In this document: positions 28,613 through 38,745 of the stretch, piece by piece
Layout: every line of letters starts with the position of its first letter
Position numbering within the stretch: the first letter of the stretch is position 1
Source of the DNA: Polyangiaceae bacterium
GTDB lineage: Bacteria > Myxococcota_A > Polyangia > Polyangiales > Polyangiaceae
Length of the DNA stretch: 64,000 nucleotides
Assembly: GCA_965222375.1 (NCBI GenBank)
Contig: CBDCTZ010000005.1
Span: forward strand, 192,001 to 256,000
Direction: 5' to 3'
Made by a program: the position numbers and the translations under genes
The notes under the pieces: model-generated
What the model saw: only the letters and a program-made list of their open reading frames with translations
The model's database searches: none
Told to the model about the DNA's origin: nothing

Positions 28613-29875
28613 ATGCTCACGACGCGTACCCGTCCACTTGGACTGTTGACCCTAGCGCTCGCTCTAGGCAGCGGCGCCTGCGGCGGCGAAAGCGACCCAG
28701 CTAGTGCGGACCCGGGGACCGGTGGCAGCACGGGGACTGCTGGAGGCGCGGGCGCCGGCGGCGGTGCGGGCGCGAGCGGTTCGGCGACGGGCGGCGCATC
28801 TTCCGCAGGTGGGAGTGCCGGGGCTGCGGGCACAGAGCCGGTACCGACGCCCTACCCTGCTCCGAACTGGCCCGCCGGCTCGCCCGCAGATCAGGGCCTG
28901 GATGCTGCAGCGTTGGTTACGGCCGGCGGCGTCGCCGAAAAGCTCGATTCCTACTGCCTGCTCGTTATTCGGAACGGGATCTTGGTCAGCGAGCAGTATT
29001 TCAACGATGCGAACCTCGCATCCATGCACCCTTCTTGGTCCATCGCCAAGAGCTACTCGAGCGCGCTGGTGGGTATTGCCATCCAGCGCGGCGACATCCA
29101 GAGCTTGAAGCAGAGTGTGGCGGATTTCATCCCGACCTGGAAGAGTGACGAGCGCGCAAAGATCACAATTGGGCACCTGGTGAGCATGACCAGCGGACTG
29201 AAATGGAGCGCGTTCTCCGATTACGTCTCGATGGCCACCTTTGCGCAGGACCACTCCAAGTTTGCAACCGCGCTCAGCGCGGACACGACACCCGGCAACG
29301 CCTGGGTCTATCACAACGGCGGGGTACAGCTGCTCGAGCCGGTGTTCCAGGCGGCGACGGGCATGAGCATCGAGCAGTACGCCGATCTGCACCTGTGGAA
29401 GAAGCTCGGCATGACGGCGAGCTGGGGCAAGGATCCCTCAGGCAACGCCACACCCTATGCCAACGTCCTCGCTACTTGCCGCGACCACGCCCGCCTCGGA
29501 TATCTCTACCTGCACGGCGGCAAGTGGAAGCAGGAGCAAGTCGTGCCTATCGCGTGGGTCAAGGCGACGACTTCCCCGTCCCAGCCGCACAACCGCGCGT
29601 ACGGCTACCTGTGGTGGCTCAACGAACAGCAGCCGGCCTTGGATGCAATGATGACGCCTTTTTCGGGGCGCATGTCACCGGTAGCGCCACCGGACATGTT
29701 CGCCGCGCGCGGTTTTGGTAATCAGTTCATCGACGTGATCCCGAGCCTGGACATGGTCGTCGTGCGCTTTGGCAAAGATCCCGTCGGCAAGATCGACTTG
29801 GGGGCCATTGCCAACGACCAGCGCTTCGCGAAGCACGATCAAATCATGGACGCGGTACTCGCTGCTGTGAAGTGA
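28613..29875 (+). CDS. Serine hydrolase (beta-lactamase-like) lipoprotein
   Basis: SIAK (SxxK), MTSGL, YHN (YxN), YGYLWW, ARGFGNQ. Confidence 0.92.
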   Translation: MLTTRTRPLGLLTLALALGSGACGGESDPASADPGTGGSTGTAGGAGAGGGAGASGSATGGASSAGGSAGAAGTEPVPTPYPAPNWPAGSPADQGLDAAALVTAGGVAEKLDSYCLLVIRNGILVSEQYFNDANLASMHPSWSIAKSYSSALVGIAIQRGDIQSLKQSVADFIPTWKSDERAKITIGHLVSMTSGLKWSAFSDYVSMATFAQDHSKFATALSADTTPGNAWVYHNGGVQLLEPVFQAATGMSIEQYADLHLWKKLGMTASWGKDPSGNATPYANVLATCRDHARLGYLYLHGGKWKQEQVVPIAWVKATTSPSQPHNRAYGYLWWLNEQQPALDAMMTPFSGRMSPVAPPDMFAARGFGNQFIDVIPSLDMVVVRFGKDPVGKIDLGAIANDQRFAKHDQIMDAVLAAVK

Positions 29876-30111
29876 GGCCGTGGTACGGTCAGTGCCTGAC
29901 CTCGACCCCCAGCACCCCGGCCAAGAACAAGTGCACTGCGAAGTTCATCCAAGCCGTTGGACAAGCGCTCACGCCGTCCAACAAGCTAGCGGCGCGCGCG
30001 GCCCGATTCCTTCGGGATGCGAATGCGGATGTCGACGCCGCCTGCCGTGCCGTCACTCGCCACCAATCCAACGTCAGTGCCACCACCGGCGCCTTGGCGG
30101 CCATGCCGGGG

Positions 30112-30549
30112 CTATCGGCGGGTTTCGGCAGCGCCGCGCCCGGGCCCGCTGAGGTTCGACCGCCATGCACCCCGGTGCGTGGCGGCGAATACAGCCACCT
30201 CGGACTTGGAGACGTGGCCTGCAGCAATTCCGACCACCAGCTCCACCACTTCGTCCTCGCTGGCGCTGAACGCTTGGTCGTTCAGTCCCAAAAACGCCAG
30301 AGCACACGCAAGGCCCACGCGTTTGTTGCCGTCTACGAACGGGTGGTTCTTCGTCAGGTGGAACAAGTAGGCCGCTGCCATCTCCGACACCGAGCCATGC
30401 ACGTACTCTCCGTCGTAGGTGGCTTGGGGCATGGCAAGCGCCGATTCGAGCAATCCGCTATCTCGAACGCCGGGATCTCCACCATATAGCCGCACCACAC
30501 GCCCATGAATGGCGAGCACTTCGTCGAGGGTCAGGAATGTGACCGACAC
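30112..30549 (-). CDS. doc: Doc/Fic-family toxin
   Basis: GVRDSGLLESA...HPFVDGNKRVG. Confidence 0.92.
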   Translation of the reverse strand: MSVTFLTLDEVLAIHGRVVRLYGGDPGVRDSGLLESALAMPQATYDGEYVHGSVSEMAAAYLFHLTKNHPFVDGNKRVGLACALAFLGLNDQAFSASEDEVVELVVGIAAGHVSKSEVAVFAATHRGAWRSNLSGPGRGAAETRR

Positions 30550-30562
30550 AGTGGGCGAACGC

Positions 30563-30655
30563 CTACTCTGCGAGTCTGCGGAAGGCCCCAGCGTATTTTT
30601 CGTCGAGCTCGTCCAAGAGCCTTGCCAACTTCTTGGTGCGCTTCTTGGGGCGTAT
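30563..30655 (-). pseudogene. C-terminal remnant of the Doc-associated antitoxin
   Basis: IRPKKRTKKLARLLDELDEKYAGAFRRLAE*, 13 nt upstream of doc; N-terminal DNA-binding domain not found. Confidence 0.7.
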
Positions 30656-30711
30656 GCCCCTCCCCCAGCTGCACTGTAAGCAGCGCGCCTCCCGGGCGTT
30701 TTCGGACCGTC

Positions 30712-31959
30712 ATGCGAAAACCCCTACTTTCTCTTATCTTGGGTTCGGCCCTGGTCGCTCCTTCCGCCCTGGCTTCAGCCCCCAATAAGCCCGTGGATCC
30801 AGGAGACGACATCGGTACTCGCCCCGCGCGGAGCCCGACGCAGATCGCGGTCTCCGAGGGCGAAGGCGAGCCCTCCGGCAAAACCAGCTACCACTCCGAA
30901 CTCGGTCAGGAGCGCCGACCGGGGTCTCCCCCACCCGCTCAGATCGCCACCGATCCTCCCGGCGACTGGTACCTGCTGCATGCCGGCGTGCGACCTCACC
31001 TCGGTACTTTCGGCGGGATCGCCGCCCTCGCCCTGGCCCATGAGCGCATCGAACGCTTCTACGGCGCGCTCTCGCTCTCTCTGATCCGCAATGATGCCGG
31101 CACTCACTACGGCGGCGTTCAGCTTGCCCTGGGCCGCAACCTGGCCGACGACTTTGGCGGCATCGCCCAGATCGGCATTGGCGAAAATCGCGCTCGCAGT
31201 TTCGTCGGTGTGGGTCAAGTTGCCATCGCCTACAACCGCACTCTGGACAGCATCGGTGCGTTCCAACTCGCCAGCTTCAACCGCTCCAAGGATTTCAAAG
31301 GCCTGCTGCAACTCGGTGGGTACAACCGCACCGACGAGTCCTTCGGTGGCGCTCTGCAGCTCGGCGCCTTCAATCACTCCCGTCAAGATTTTACGGGATT
31401 CGCGCAAATCGGCGTCGTGAACGCCCAAGGTGAAGAGCTTTTCGACGACGACGACAACGAAGACGCGCGCTTCGCCGGCATCGGACAGGTCGGTGTAATC
31501 AACACCACCGGTCGCTTCCGAGGCGTCCTACAAGCCGGCGTCGCCAGCTACTCTCATGACTACGTGGGCGGGCTACAGATCGGCGCCCTGGGTGCCGGCG
31601 CGAAAGAGTTCCGTGGCCTCGCCCAGATTGGCTTCGTCACCATGAGCGAGAAGTCCTACGGCGCGCAAATCGGCGCGGGCGCCCTCGCCCTCGAGTCTCA
31701 TCGAGGACTGCAGCTAGGCGTCGCCGCCAACTACGCCGAATCGGTGCATGGCGCTCAAATCGGCTTGGCGAACATCGCGGACGAAGCCAGAGGCGTGCAG
31801 ATCGGCTTGTTCAACCATGCCAAGAAGCTCCGCGGCGTACAGATCGGTCTGGTCAACCACGCTGAGGATGGCGTCTTGCCCTGGACCGCAATCATCAACA
31901 TGGGCTTCGGCGACGATCCCAACTACGACTCGGACTACGCCTACGTCCCGCAGCGCTGA
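30712..31959 (+). CDS. Secreted GxQxG-repeat surface protein (LA_2272-like)
   Basis: Signal peptide; many GVQIGLxN repeats. Confidence 0.85.
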   Translation: MRKPLLSLILGSALVAPSALASAPNKPVDPGDDIGTRPARSPTQIAVSEGEGEPSGKTSYHSELGQERRPGSPPPAQIATDPPGDWYLLHAGVRPHLGTFGGIAALALAHERIERFYGALSLSLIRNDAGTHYGGVQLALGRNLADDFGGIAQIGIGENRARSFVGVGQVAIAYNRTLDSIGAFQLASFNRSKDFKGLLQLGGYNRTDESFGGALQLGAFNHSRQDFTGFAQIGVVNAQGEELFDDDDNEDARFAGIGQVGVINTTGRFRGVLQAGVASYSHDYVGGLQIGALGAGAKEFRGLAQIGFVTMSEKSYGAQIGAGALALESHRGLQLGVAANYAESVHGAQIGLANIADEARGVQIGLFNHAKKLRGVQIGLVNHAEDGVLPWTAIINMGFGDDPNYDSDYAYVPQR

Positions 31960-31983
31960 CAGCCGGGCGTGGACTGCTAGCGA

Positions 31984-32298
31984 CTACTCCGCGCAGGCCT
32001 GTGCGATGGCAACACAATCACTAGCTGCTGCGCCAACGACTTGGTAGCAAGTCTCGCATTCCGCCGGGCTGTTGATACCGAGGCATGCCGGTGTGGTGGT
32101 CACCGGATAGCCTCTCGACTCCGCTGTGCTCGCGGCACACTGAGTCTCGGAAGCGCTCGCGGTGGGCTGCAGCGCGCACAAGGACTTGCAGTCCGATACG
32201 CTATCCGCGCGGGCATTGTCGTCCTCGGACGAGCAGCCCGAAACTGCGATCGCAACCCAAGTAAGCAGGCCGATAGTAAGCAAGTGTCTACATCTCAT
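31984..32298 (-). CDS. Small Cys-rich lipoprotein
   Basis: VSGC lipobox; 8 further Cys. Confidence 0.75.
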   Translation of the reverse strand: MRCRHLLTIGLLTWVAIAVSGCSSEDDNARADSVSDCKSLCALQPTASASETQCAASTAESRGYPVTTTPACLGINSPAECETCYQVVGAAASDCVAIAQACAE

Positions 32299-32804
32299 GG
32301 CGATTTCCCTTTCGGACCTCGTGAAAAGCAAGGCGCGCGCCAACCTCGCCATTTTGGATTTCTCGACCAAACCGAAAGCCGGCGCCCGCCACCAGGCGGG
32401 GCCTCACCCGCCGATGGATGGCAGCAGCCTGCCGACAGCACCGGCACTGTCCCTCGAAACTGGGCCAGCCGTCGACGTGAAAACGCGGCCCAGCCTCACG
32501 AGGTATGACTGTCAGTCGGTATGTTGCGCGCGCGTTCCTGTTGTCCACCCTCGCCCCAGCAGCCGCGTTCTCGTTGTCTTGTTCGTCCAAGGACCTGAGT
32601 AAGCTCGGCGTTCGCCTCCGCGCGACCCATGGGAATCCCTGACGGGGGGACGCCGGCGCAACCCTGACGCGGGCTTAGCGGTCCGCATGGGGGCGCATGC
32701 GTGCGCGTACCTGCTTTGTTGGCGCTCGCCACCGAAATGTCCGATTGTATCGATTGCGACGCGCGCCCGGTCAAGTAGCCTGATAGCCTAGGAATGAGGC
32801 TCAA

Positions 32805-33956
32805 ATGATGAAACTGGCAGCGATGTGTTTCGCGAGCGGGCTGCTCGTGCTGGGTTGCGGTAGCGATGACGAGGGCGACGGCCCGAAGAACACGGGGGGC
32901 TCCAGCGGGAGCGCGGGCAGCGCGGGGGGTGGAACCGGCGGAGGCAGCGCGGGCACCGGCGCCAGCGCCGGAAGCGGCGGCGGCGTGGCGGGAGCCGCGG
33001 GCAGCTCCGGAGCTGCGGGCAGCGGCGGCAGCGCGGGGGGTGGCAGTGGTGGAACGGCGGGCAGCTCCGGCGGCGCCGGCGGAAGCGGCGGCGGCAGCAT
33101 CGACGAATGCGACACGACTCAGGACTGCAAGGCCATCTACGGCAGTGCGGCCGATGACTGTTTCAATAGCGCCTCGAACCAGAGCGTCTGCCATTGCGGC
33201 GGAAAGCCGTGCAAGGGCACTCCAACGGGCACCTGGCGGGTGGGCTACAGCGCCGATGGTAATCAGCACGACCCCGATGACTGGCACGCCTCCCCGATGG
33301 CCCTGGCAGTTCTGCACCGTGCTGGGTTGAAGAGTCGCTTGGTGCACTTCGACTACAACAATCACCTGGGTGACAACAACACCACCTTCGCCAGCAATCA
33401 CAAGGCCAACATCACTGGGGCGATCAAGAAGTTCGGCTACAACTCCGCCATCTTTTTCGACGACCAAGTCAACCTGAGCGGCGCCGTGCAAAGCATCGCC
33501 AACGCCATCAACGCGTCTTCGGCCACGGATCGCTTCATTCTCATCTGCGCGGGCCCCATGGAGGTGTGCTGGCGCGGCATCGATGCGGCGCAAAACTCCA
33601 AGGAACAATACGTCACGGTCATTTCCCATTCCAATTGGAACGACACCCACCAGGACACCAGCCAGATGTCCCACACCTGGAGCAGCATCAGTTCCAGCTT
33701 CAACGCTCAGATGCATCACATCAACGACCAGAACGGGCCCGCCTTCAAATCGAGCTGTAGCGCCTGGAACTGGCTCAAGACCACCGCGGGTTACGGCACC
33801 GAAACCTACGACTGGGTGTGCACCGGTGCCGCCGCCGGCGATGCTTCGGACGCAGGCATGATGTACTACTTGGTAAAGAAGCAGGGCGTCCTGACTGGCA
33901 ACAGCGGTACGGGCTCCCCCACCATGTCGGAGGTCAAAGCCTTCTTCGGCGGCTGA
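32805..33956 (+). CDS. Lipoprotein with Gly linker and nucleoside-hydrolase-like domain
   Basis: VLGC lipobox; SADGNQHDPDD, ICAGPM, DASDAGM. Confidence 0.75.
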   Translation: MMKLAAMCFASGLLVLGCGSDDEGDGPKNTGGSSGSAGSAGGGTGGGSAGTGASAGSGGGVAGAAGSSGAAGSGGSAGGGSGGTAGSSGGAGGSGGGSIDECDTTQDCKAIYGSAADDCFNSASNQSVCHCGGKPCKGTPTGTWRVGYSADGNQHDPDDWHASPMALAVLHRAGLKSRLVHFDYNNHLGDNNTTFASNHKANITGAIKKFGYNSAIFFDDQVNLSGAVQSIANAINASSATDRFILICAGPMEVCWRGIDAAQNSKEQYVTVISHSNWNDTHQDTSQMSHTWSSISSSFNAQMHHINDQNGPAFKSSCSAWNWLKTTAGYGTETYDWVCTGAAAGDASDAGMMYYLVKKQGVLTGNSGTGSPTMSEVKAFFGG

Positions 33957-34515
33957 AGCCCTGCGACCTTGGGCTTCGACGCTGGCTGATCGTCTTGGTC
34001 GAAAGCCCACACGCTGGCGCTAGGTCGCGCCCGGCGGTGGCGGCCGACGGCGGCGCCGCTCCAGCAGCGCGGGCGGATCCGCTCCGTCAAGTTCAGGCCG
34101 AGCTCCTCAGGATCCCTGAACGCTCGGCGCTCCGGGTTGCCCGCCTCACGGATCATGCGCTGGATTTGTAGGCCAAGCACTGGGTCCGGATTCAAGAGGG
34201 TCGCGGTGCGCATCAACCGGGGCTCTTCCTTCACCACGCCCACGTACACGCCGCCGACAACCTGGATTTCCTGTCACAGATCCAGGCCCTCATTGACGAG
34301 AGCGTAATCGAGCGAATCCCGGCCAACCCCAGGTACTGGAAGACCCGGGAGCCACCATCGGCAGACGCCATCATCTACTGAGCTAATTAGACCTACGAAA
34401 CCAGGGCGGCCGTTCGCCACTGGCCGCAGCCGGCGCCGCCACTGCCGTGATTCGGAAAATCACCAGGCAATCACGCAGCCGTGCACGGGCACGCCCTTCG
34501 CTAGGGGCGGCCGAC

Positions 34516-34902
34516 ATGAAGACTCGAATCCTGATTGGCATTGCTGGCACTTTGACTCTCTCGCTGGCCCTCGCGGCGACGCTCTTGGAACCCGAGCGCG
34601 CGCGTTCCACCATCCCGCCGCCAACCCCACGCGCATTCTCGCAAGCTCGGCCCCCTAGCGAAGCGCCCACAAGGGTGGCGCAAGTCGCGCGTGACGAAGG
34701 CGTCCTGCACCTGGACGAACTCCGCATCGTGGGGGGCCGGCGCCCCGTGCCGCGGCCCTCCGCAATCGCGCGGCAGAAGCCCAAGCTCGTGCCGTGTTCT
34801 GACTGGCGCGCGCTGGGACCTGTCTACAGCGCGCCGGCAGGCACGATCCCTCGCCAGCGCCACGTGCAGCTCTTGTGCCCCGAGAGCAAGATGCACCCTT
34901 GA
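34516..34902 (+). CDS. Secreted or membrane hypothetical protein
   Basis: N-terminal hydrophobic helix; Pro-rich. Confidence 0.65.
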   Translation: MKTRILIGIAGTLTLSLALAATLLEPERARSTIPPPTPRAFSQARPPSEAPTRVAQVARDEGVLHLDELRIVGGRRPVPRPSAIARQKPKLVPCSDWRALGPVYSAPAGTIPRQRHVQLLCPESKMHP

Positions 34903-34970
34903 TGGATCACTGCTCAAGTGGCTGTCGCGAGGCGTTCCCCGGACAGACCGTTCGCGCTAACGTGCGTCCC

Positions 34971-35678
34971 ATGCAGTGGCAGCAATCCGTATTGGCAAGC
35001 GCAGTCCTCTTGAGTGCGGTGGCATGTGGCGGGGCATCGCCGCCTAGCGCCAACTCGACGCCCCCAGCATCCAGCATCAGCGCCCCGCCATCCGAAGGCG
35101 CAGCGGCGGAAGCTGCGCCCGACGACGGCGCGGAGGAGGCTGCGCCGGAAGTGCCGCTCACGTATCCCGGTGGCTCCTACTCGGTTCGTGGAGCGTTGCA
35201 GCGTTTCAAGAGCAGCGATGCCAACCCCAAGCAGATACTTCGAATCGTTGGCTTCATCGGCAAAACGAACCTCGCGGACATGCCCAAGTGCGCCGTGCAC
35301 CCGGGAAACAAAGCATCACCTCCGGACTGCAAAGCACCAAACCCGACCTTTTGGTTGTGCGATTCGCGCGGCGCTCCGTCCGACCAATGCCTGCGCGTCA
35401 TGGGTTGGGCGTCGAACGCAGCGCAGCTCCACGACGCGATCAAGGCCTACAAGAACGACCCCAACGCTCCCGAGTGGCTCGACTCGTTCTTTGGAATTTC
35501 CATTCCCAAACCGATTCCAGCGGCTGGCGGCAAAGCCATCGTGCGGGCACGACACACGAATCGGTACACCAAGAACCCGAAAAGCGTGGTCGTTGACGCA
35601 GAACGCGGAATCCTGACCTTCGAGGGCCTGAAGTGGATCGAGAAACCCGACAAGGCCGCGTCGCTGCCCGGGATGTGA
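34971..35678 (+). CDS. Lipoprotein
   Basis: AVAC lipobox; Cys-containing body, VMGWASN. Confidence 0.8.
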   Translation: MQWQQSVLASAVLLSAVACGGASPPSANSTPPASSISAPPSEGAAAEAAPDDGAEEAAPEVPLTYPGGSYSVRGALQRFKSSDANPKQILRIVGFIGKTNLADMPKCAVHPGNKASPPDCKAPNPTFWLCDSRGAPSDQCLRVMGWASNAAQLHDAIKAYKNDPNAPEWLDSFFGISIPKPIPAAGGKAIVRARHTNRYTKNPKSVVVDAERGILTFEGLKWIEKPDKAASLPGM

Positions 35679-35686
35679 CGACGCGC

Positions 35687-37516
35687 TTATTTGACCAGGC
35701 CGTCGACGACCTTGAGGGCTTCGGCCAATTCCGTGCCGAGGTAAGCGATCTTACCGGTCTGGTCGACGACCATGTTCAAGGGGAAGACTTGCGCCGGAAG
35801 GCGCAGACGACGGAACACTTCGCTGTCGAAATCGAAGGCGACATCGAAAGTCAGACCGAATTCTTGAACGTGTGCTGCGGCGGGCTGCCCGTCGTAGAAG
35901 GAATGGATCGCGGTGACCTCGAACTTGTCCGCCGGGTACTTAGGAAGGACGGTAGTTTCTATCAGAGGCAACTCCTCTGTGCAGGAAGGTCACGTAGGGT
36001 TGTAGAGCTTCGCTAACCAGACCTTGCCCAAGTAGTCCTGAGAGCGGATTGTGGTACCCCGCACCGTGGGCAGCTCGAACGCCTCGAGCGCCTCGCCGAC
36101 GGCGGGAACCGGACGGTTGGTCTCCCCCACGATCTCGAGAGGGCCGTTCGGGTCGTTGCTGGCAATGGAGATCAACGACTGCTGGATGCCCGCTGCCGAA
36201 CCCGAGTAGCGCTGGAAGATCAAGAAGGGCTTGCCGGGCTCCACCGAGAACTGATCTGGGCATCCGTCTACAGCCGTCGCCGTGTCTGCATAGATCTCCG
36301 GCATGATGGGTGCCGGTGCGCTGACGCCGGTTACGATCAGCTGCTCGCTACCCACATTGGTCAGCCGAATCAACGCTTCGGGCTGTCCGGACGGAATCAC
36401 GTGCGCGTAGGCGTCCGCGATGAAGTGGGGCGCCGCTTTCCCTGCGCCCAGGGTCAGCGCTACGAGTTGGCGTGAAGTCACCGCCTGCCAAGCTCCTGAC
36501 CCGGTACGAACCACGTCCACGAAATAGTCGCCGTCGAGTTCGCCCCGCGCCGGCCGCTGCTCGATGGAGGTCAAGCTGGCGTCCGTGCTCGACAACGTGA
36601 AGCGGAGCAATTGCGAGCCCGACGCGATCACCAGATCGTCACCGGATAGCGCAGCTCCCTGAGGTGAGCCGTGGGCGAAAGCCGTCGTATAGGATTGGGT
36701 CAGCTTGGTCGCTCCGACCTCGAGCACATCAAAGCCCGCACCGGGTCGCAGCGCCACGACGCGGGTGCCGTCTACGAGCAAGCGCCCGGCAAGCCCGAGC
36801 AGCCCGGTCACGCTATCCAGCGCCTGACCCGTCGAATCCAGCAGGTGCAGCGTGCCGCCCGCGGATTCCTTGCCCTTTTCGAACTCGTCGAACACCACCG
36901 CTGACGTGCCAACGCTGGCCACGCTGCGTGCGTTCTTTGGCGCGGTCCACACGCCCGATTCCGCCAACTTGTCGCCGCTTACGCTGTAGGCGATCACGCC
37001 CGCGCTGCCCCCGGCGACGAGGGCCGTGTCGGCCGAGAGTGTGACGCCGTAGAAAGACGTACTGGCTCGCGCCACGGTGTCCAGCTCGGTTAGAGGCGTG
37101 GCCGAGGTATCCAAAGAAAACAGCGTGATCTGCCCGGACTCGCTGACCATCACTGCGCGAGTCTCGCCACTGACTGCCAAGCCGCGGCAGTCCTTGAGGT
37201 GAGGCCCGGCGACGACAGAGGCCTTGGAGCTGTCCACGAGCACGACGGACTCGCCACCACAGAGCAGCACGCGGTCGCCGACCGCGATGGCCTGTCGCAC
37301 AACAACCGGAACACCTGTGGCACCCGCCAAGTCGAGCACGATGTCGTCGTCGTGGCTTTGCGCGGTGCAGGCGCCGCTGCCCCCGGCTCCCCCAGCGCCG
37401 GCGCTGCCCGCAGCCCCGCCGCTGCCCCCGTTGGGTCCGTCGTCGCCGCCGCAGCTGGCACCCAAGGTCAGAAGCGCGAAGCACGCCGCAAGCTGGCTTC
37501 CAACGCGGTGGCTCAT
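35687..37516 (-). CDS. Predicted selenoprotein: lipoprotein with beta-propeller, Ig-like and TlpA/AhpC-like redoxin (UPSC) domains, 609 aa
   Basis: AFELPTVRG...YLGKVWLAKLYNPT-TGA(35992-35990)-PSCTEELP...VFPLNMVVDQTGKI; hairpin CAGAGG-AGTTG-CCTCTG with loop 16 nt after the TGA. Confidence 0.85.
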
Positions 37517-37518
37517 CC

Positions 37519-38352
37519 TCAATCAGCCAAAAGCTGGTTGATCAACGTGAGGACTTCGTCTTGGCAGCTGGCGTTGTTGATCTGGCCAGGCTTGCCGCAG
37601 GAGTTCCCGTTGCCCGCGCCGCACTTGTAGGTAGCGCCGAAGTGGCGGATTTTCATTTTCTTGTCGATCACGACGGTGACCGCGTTGCTGCAGCCCGGGC
37701 CACCTGGAGCAGAGTGCGCACAACCGTTGGCCTGGGCGTAGTCCGTGTAGACGCTGCGCAGCGGGTCTGTGAGCTGGATCCCCTCGAAGCCGAGTTCGCT
37801 CTTCCACTTGTCCAAGTCGCCGCTGGTTGGCGGGTTCTTGGCGCAATTCTCATTCATGGCGATCAGGTACGTGACCCCCGTCTTGCCCTGCAGCTTAGCC
37901 GGGTCTTTTTGCCATCCCGCCAAACTGGCGAGCCGTTCTCGACAAGGTGGTCACCATTCAGCCCCGTCTTCTATGTAGATGACCTGACCGCAGTAATCAT
38001 GAAGATTGACGTTGGCACCATTGCGGTCTTTGAGCGTCCAGTTCTCGGCGATCTGCCCGACCTTGTGGCCCTCAGCCTGGATATTGGCGCAAGCGCCAGT
38101 CGCGCCAGCGCCGCCACCGGTGCCCGTCGCTCCGCCGCTCGAAGCTCCACCAGAGGCCGTACTGCCACTGCTTCCGGAGCTACCGCCGCTGCCGGTCGCG
38201 CCACCGCTGCCCGTGCTGCCGCCGCTGCCAGCGCTTCCGCCAGGCGAGCCGCCGCTGGAATCATCACTCGAACAGCCGAAAGCAGATAGAGCCAGCAGCG
38301 CGCCCACAGCCGCATAGCTGCGTGATGCGATCGCTGAGCTGGCCCCAAGCAT
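37519..38352 (-). CDS. Predicted selenoprotein: TlpA/AhpC-like redoxin lipoprotein (WUPPC), 277 aa
   Basis: VGQIAENWTLKDRNG...GQVIYIEDGAEW-TGA(37953-37951)-PPCRE...VVIDKKMKIRH; hairpin CTCGCCA-GTT-TGGCGGG with loop 25 nt after the TGA. Confidence 0.87.
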
Positions 38353-38369
38353 GAGTTAGATCGTACACC

Positions 38370-38663
38370 GCGCAGGCCCTCGATCCAACCTGGGAGCGAA
38401 AAACCGCAAGTTGGGGCGGCCCCACCCCCGTCAGACAAAGCTCCTGAACTCCCGCCATTGCCACCTGACCCGGCGGTACCCACTCCACCAGCTCCAGCCT
38501 GACCCCCGATCGCAGCGTCCGCGCCGGATGTGCCCCCTGCCCCCGCGCTAGCGCCACCACTTCCGCTGGCCGTGCTCTTCGACTTCGAGGTGCAGGCCGC
38601 CGCGAGCGCAGCCATGAGAGAGATGGATGTGAAGGTGACTCGCACGATCCCAGAGCATATCAC
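38370..38663 (-). pseudogene. Lipoprotein N-terminus and Gly linker without a recognisable body
   Basis: LAAAC lipobox and Gly-rich tract; frame then runs out of phase into the next gene. Confidence 0.45.
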
Positions 38664-38745
38664 CTCGACGCAGAACGGCGGCGCCAGCTTGCGTCGCAGC
38701 AGTATTTCCGTGGCCAGCCTCGGTCATGCGTGGGACCCTCTACGC

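Noticed and set aside
28613..29875. Antibiotic-resistance beta-lactamase
   Set aside because: Motifs fit the broad serine-hydrolase family; substrate cannot be inferred
32496..34010. 504-aa minus-strand ORF and similar long overlapping ORFs (e.g. 2556-3707, 23461-24390, 27045-28055)
   Set aside because: High-GC shadow frames opposite or overlapping better-supported genes
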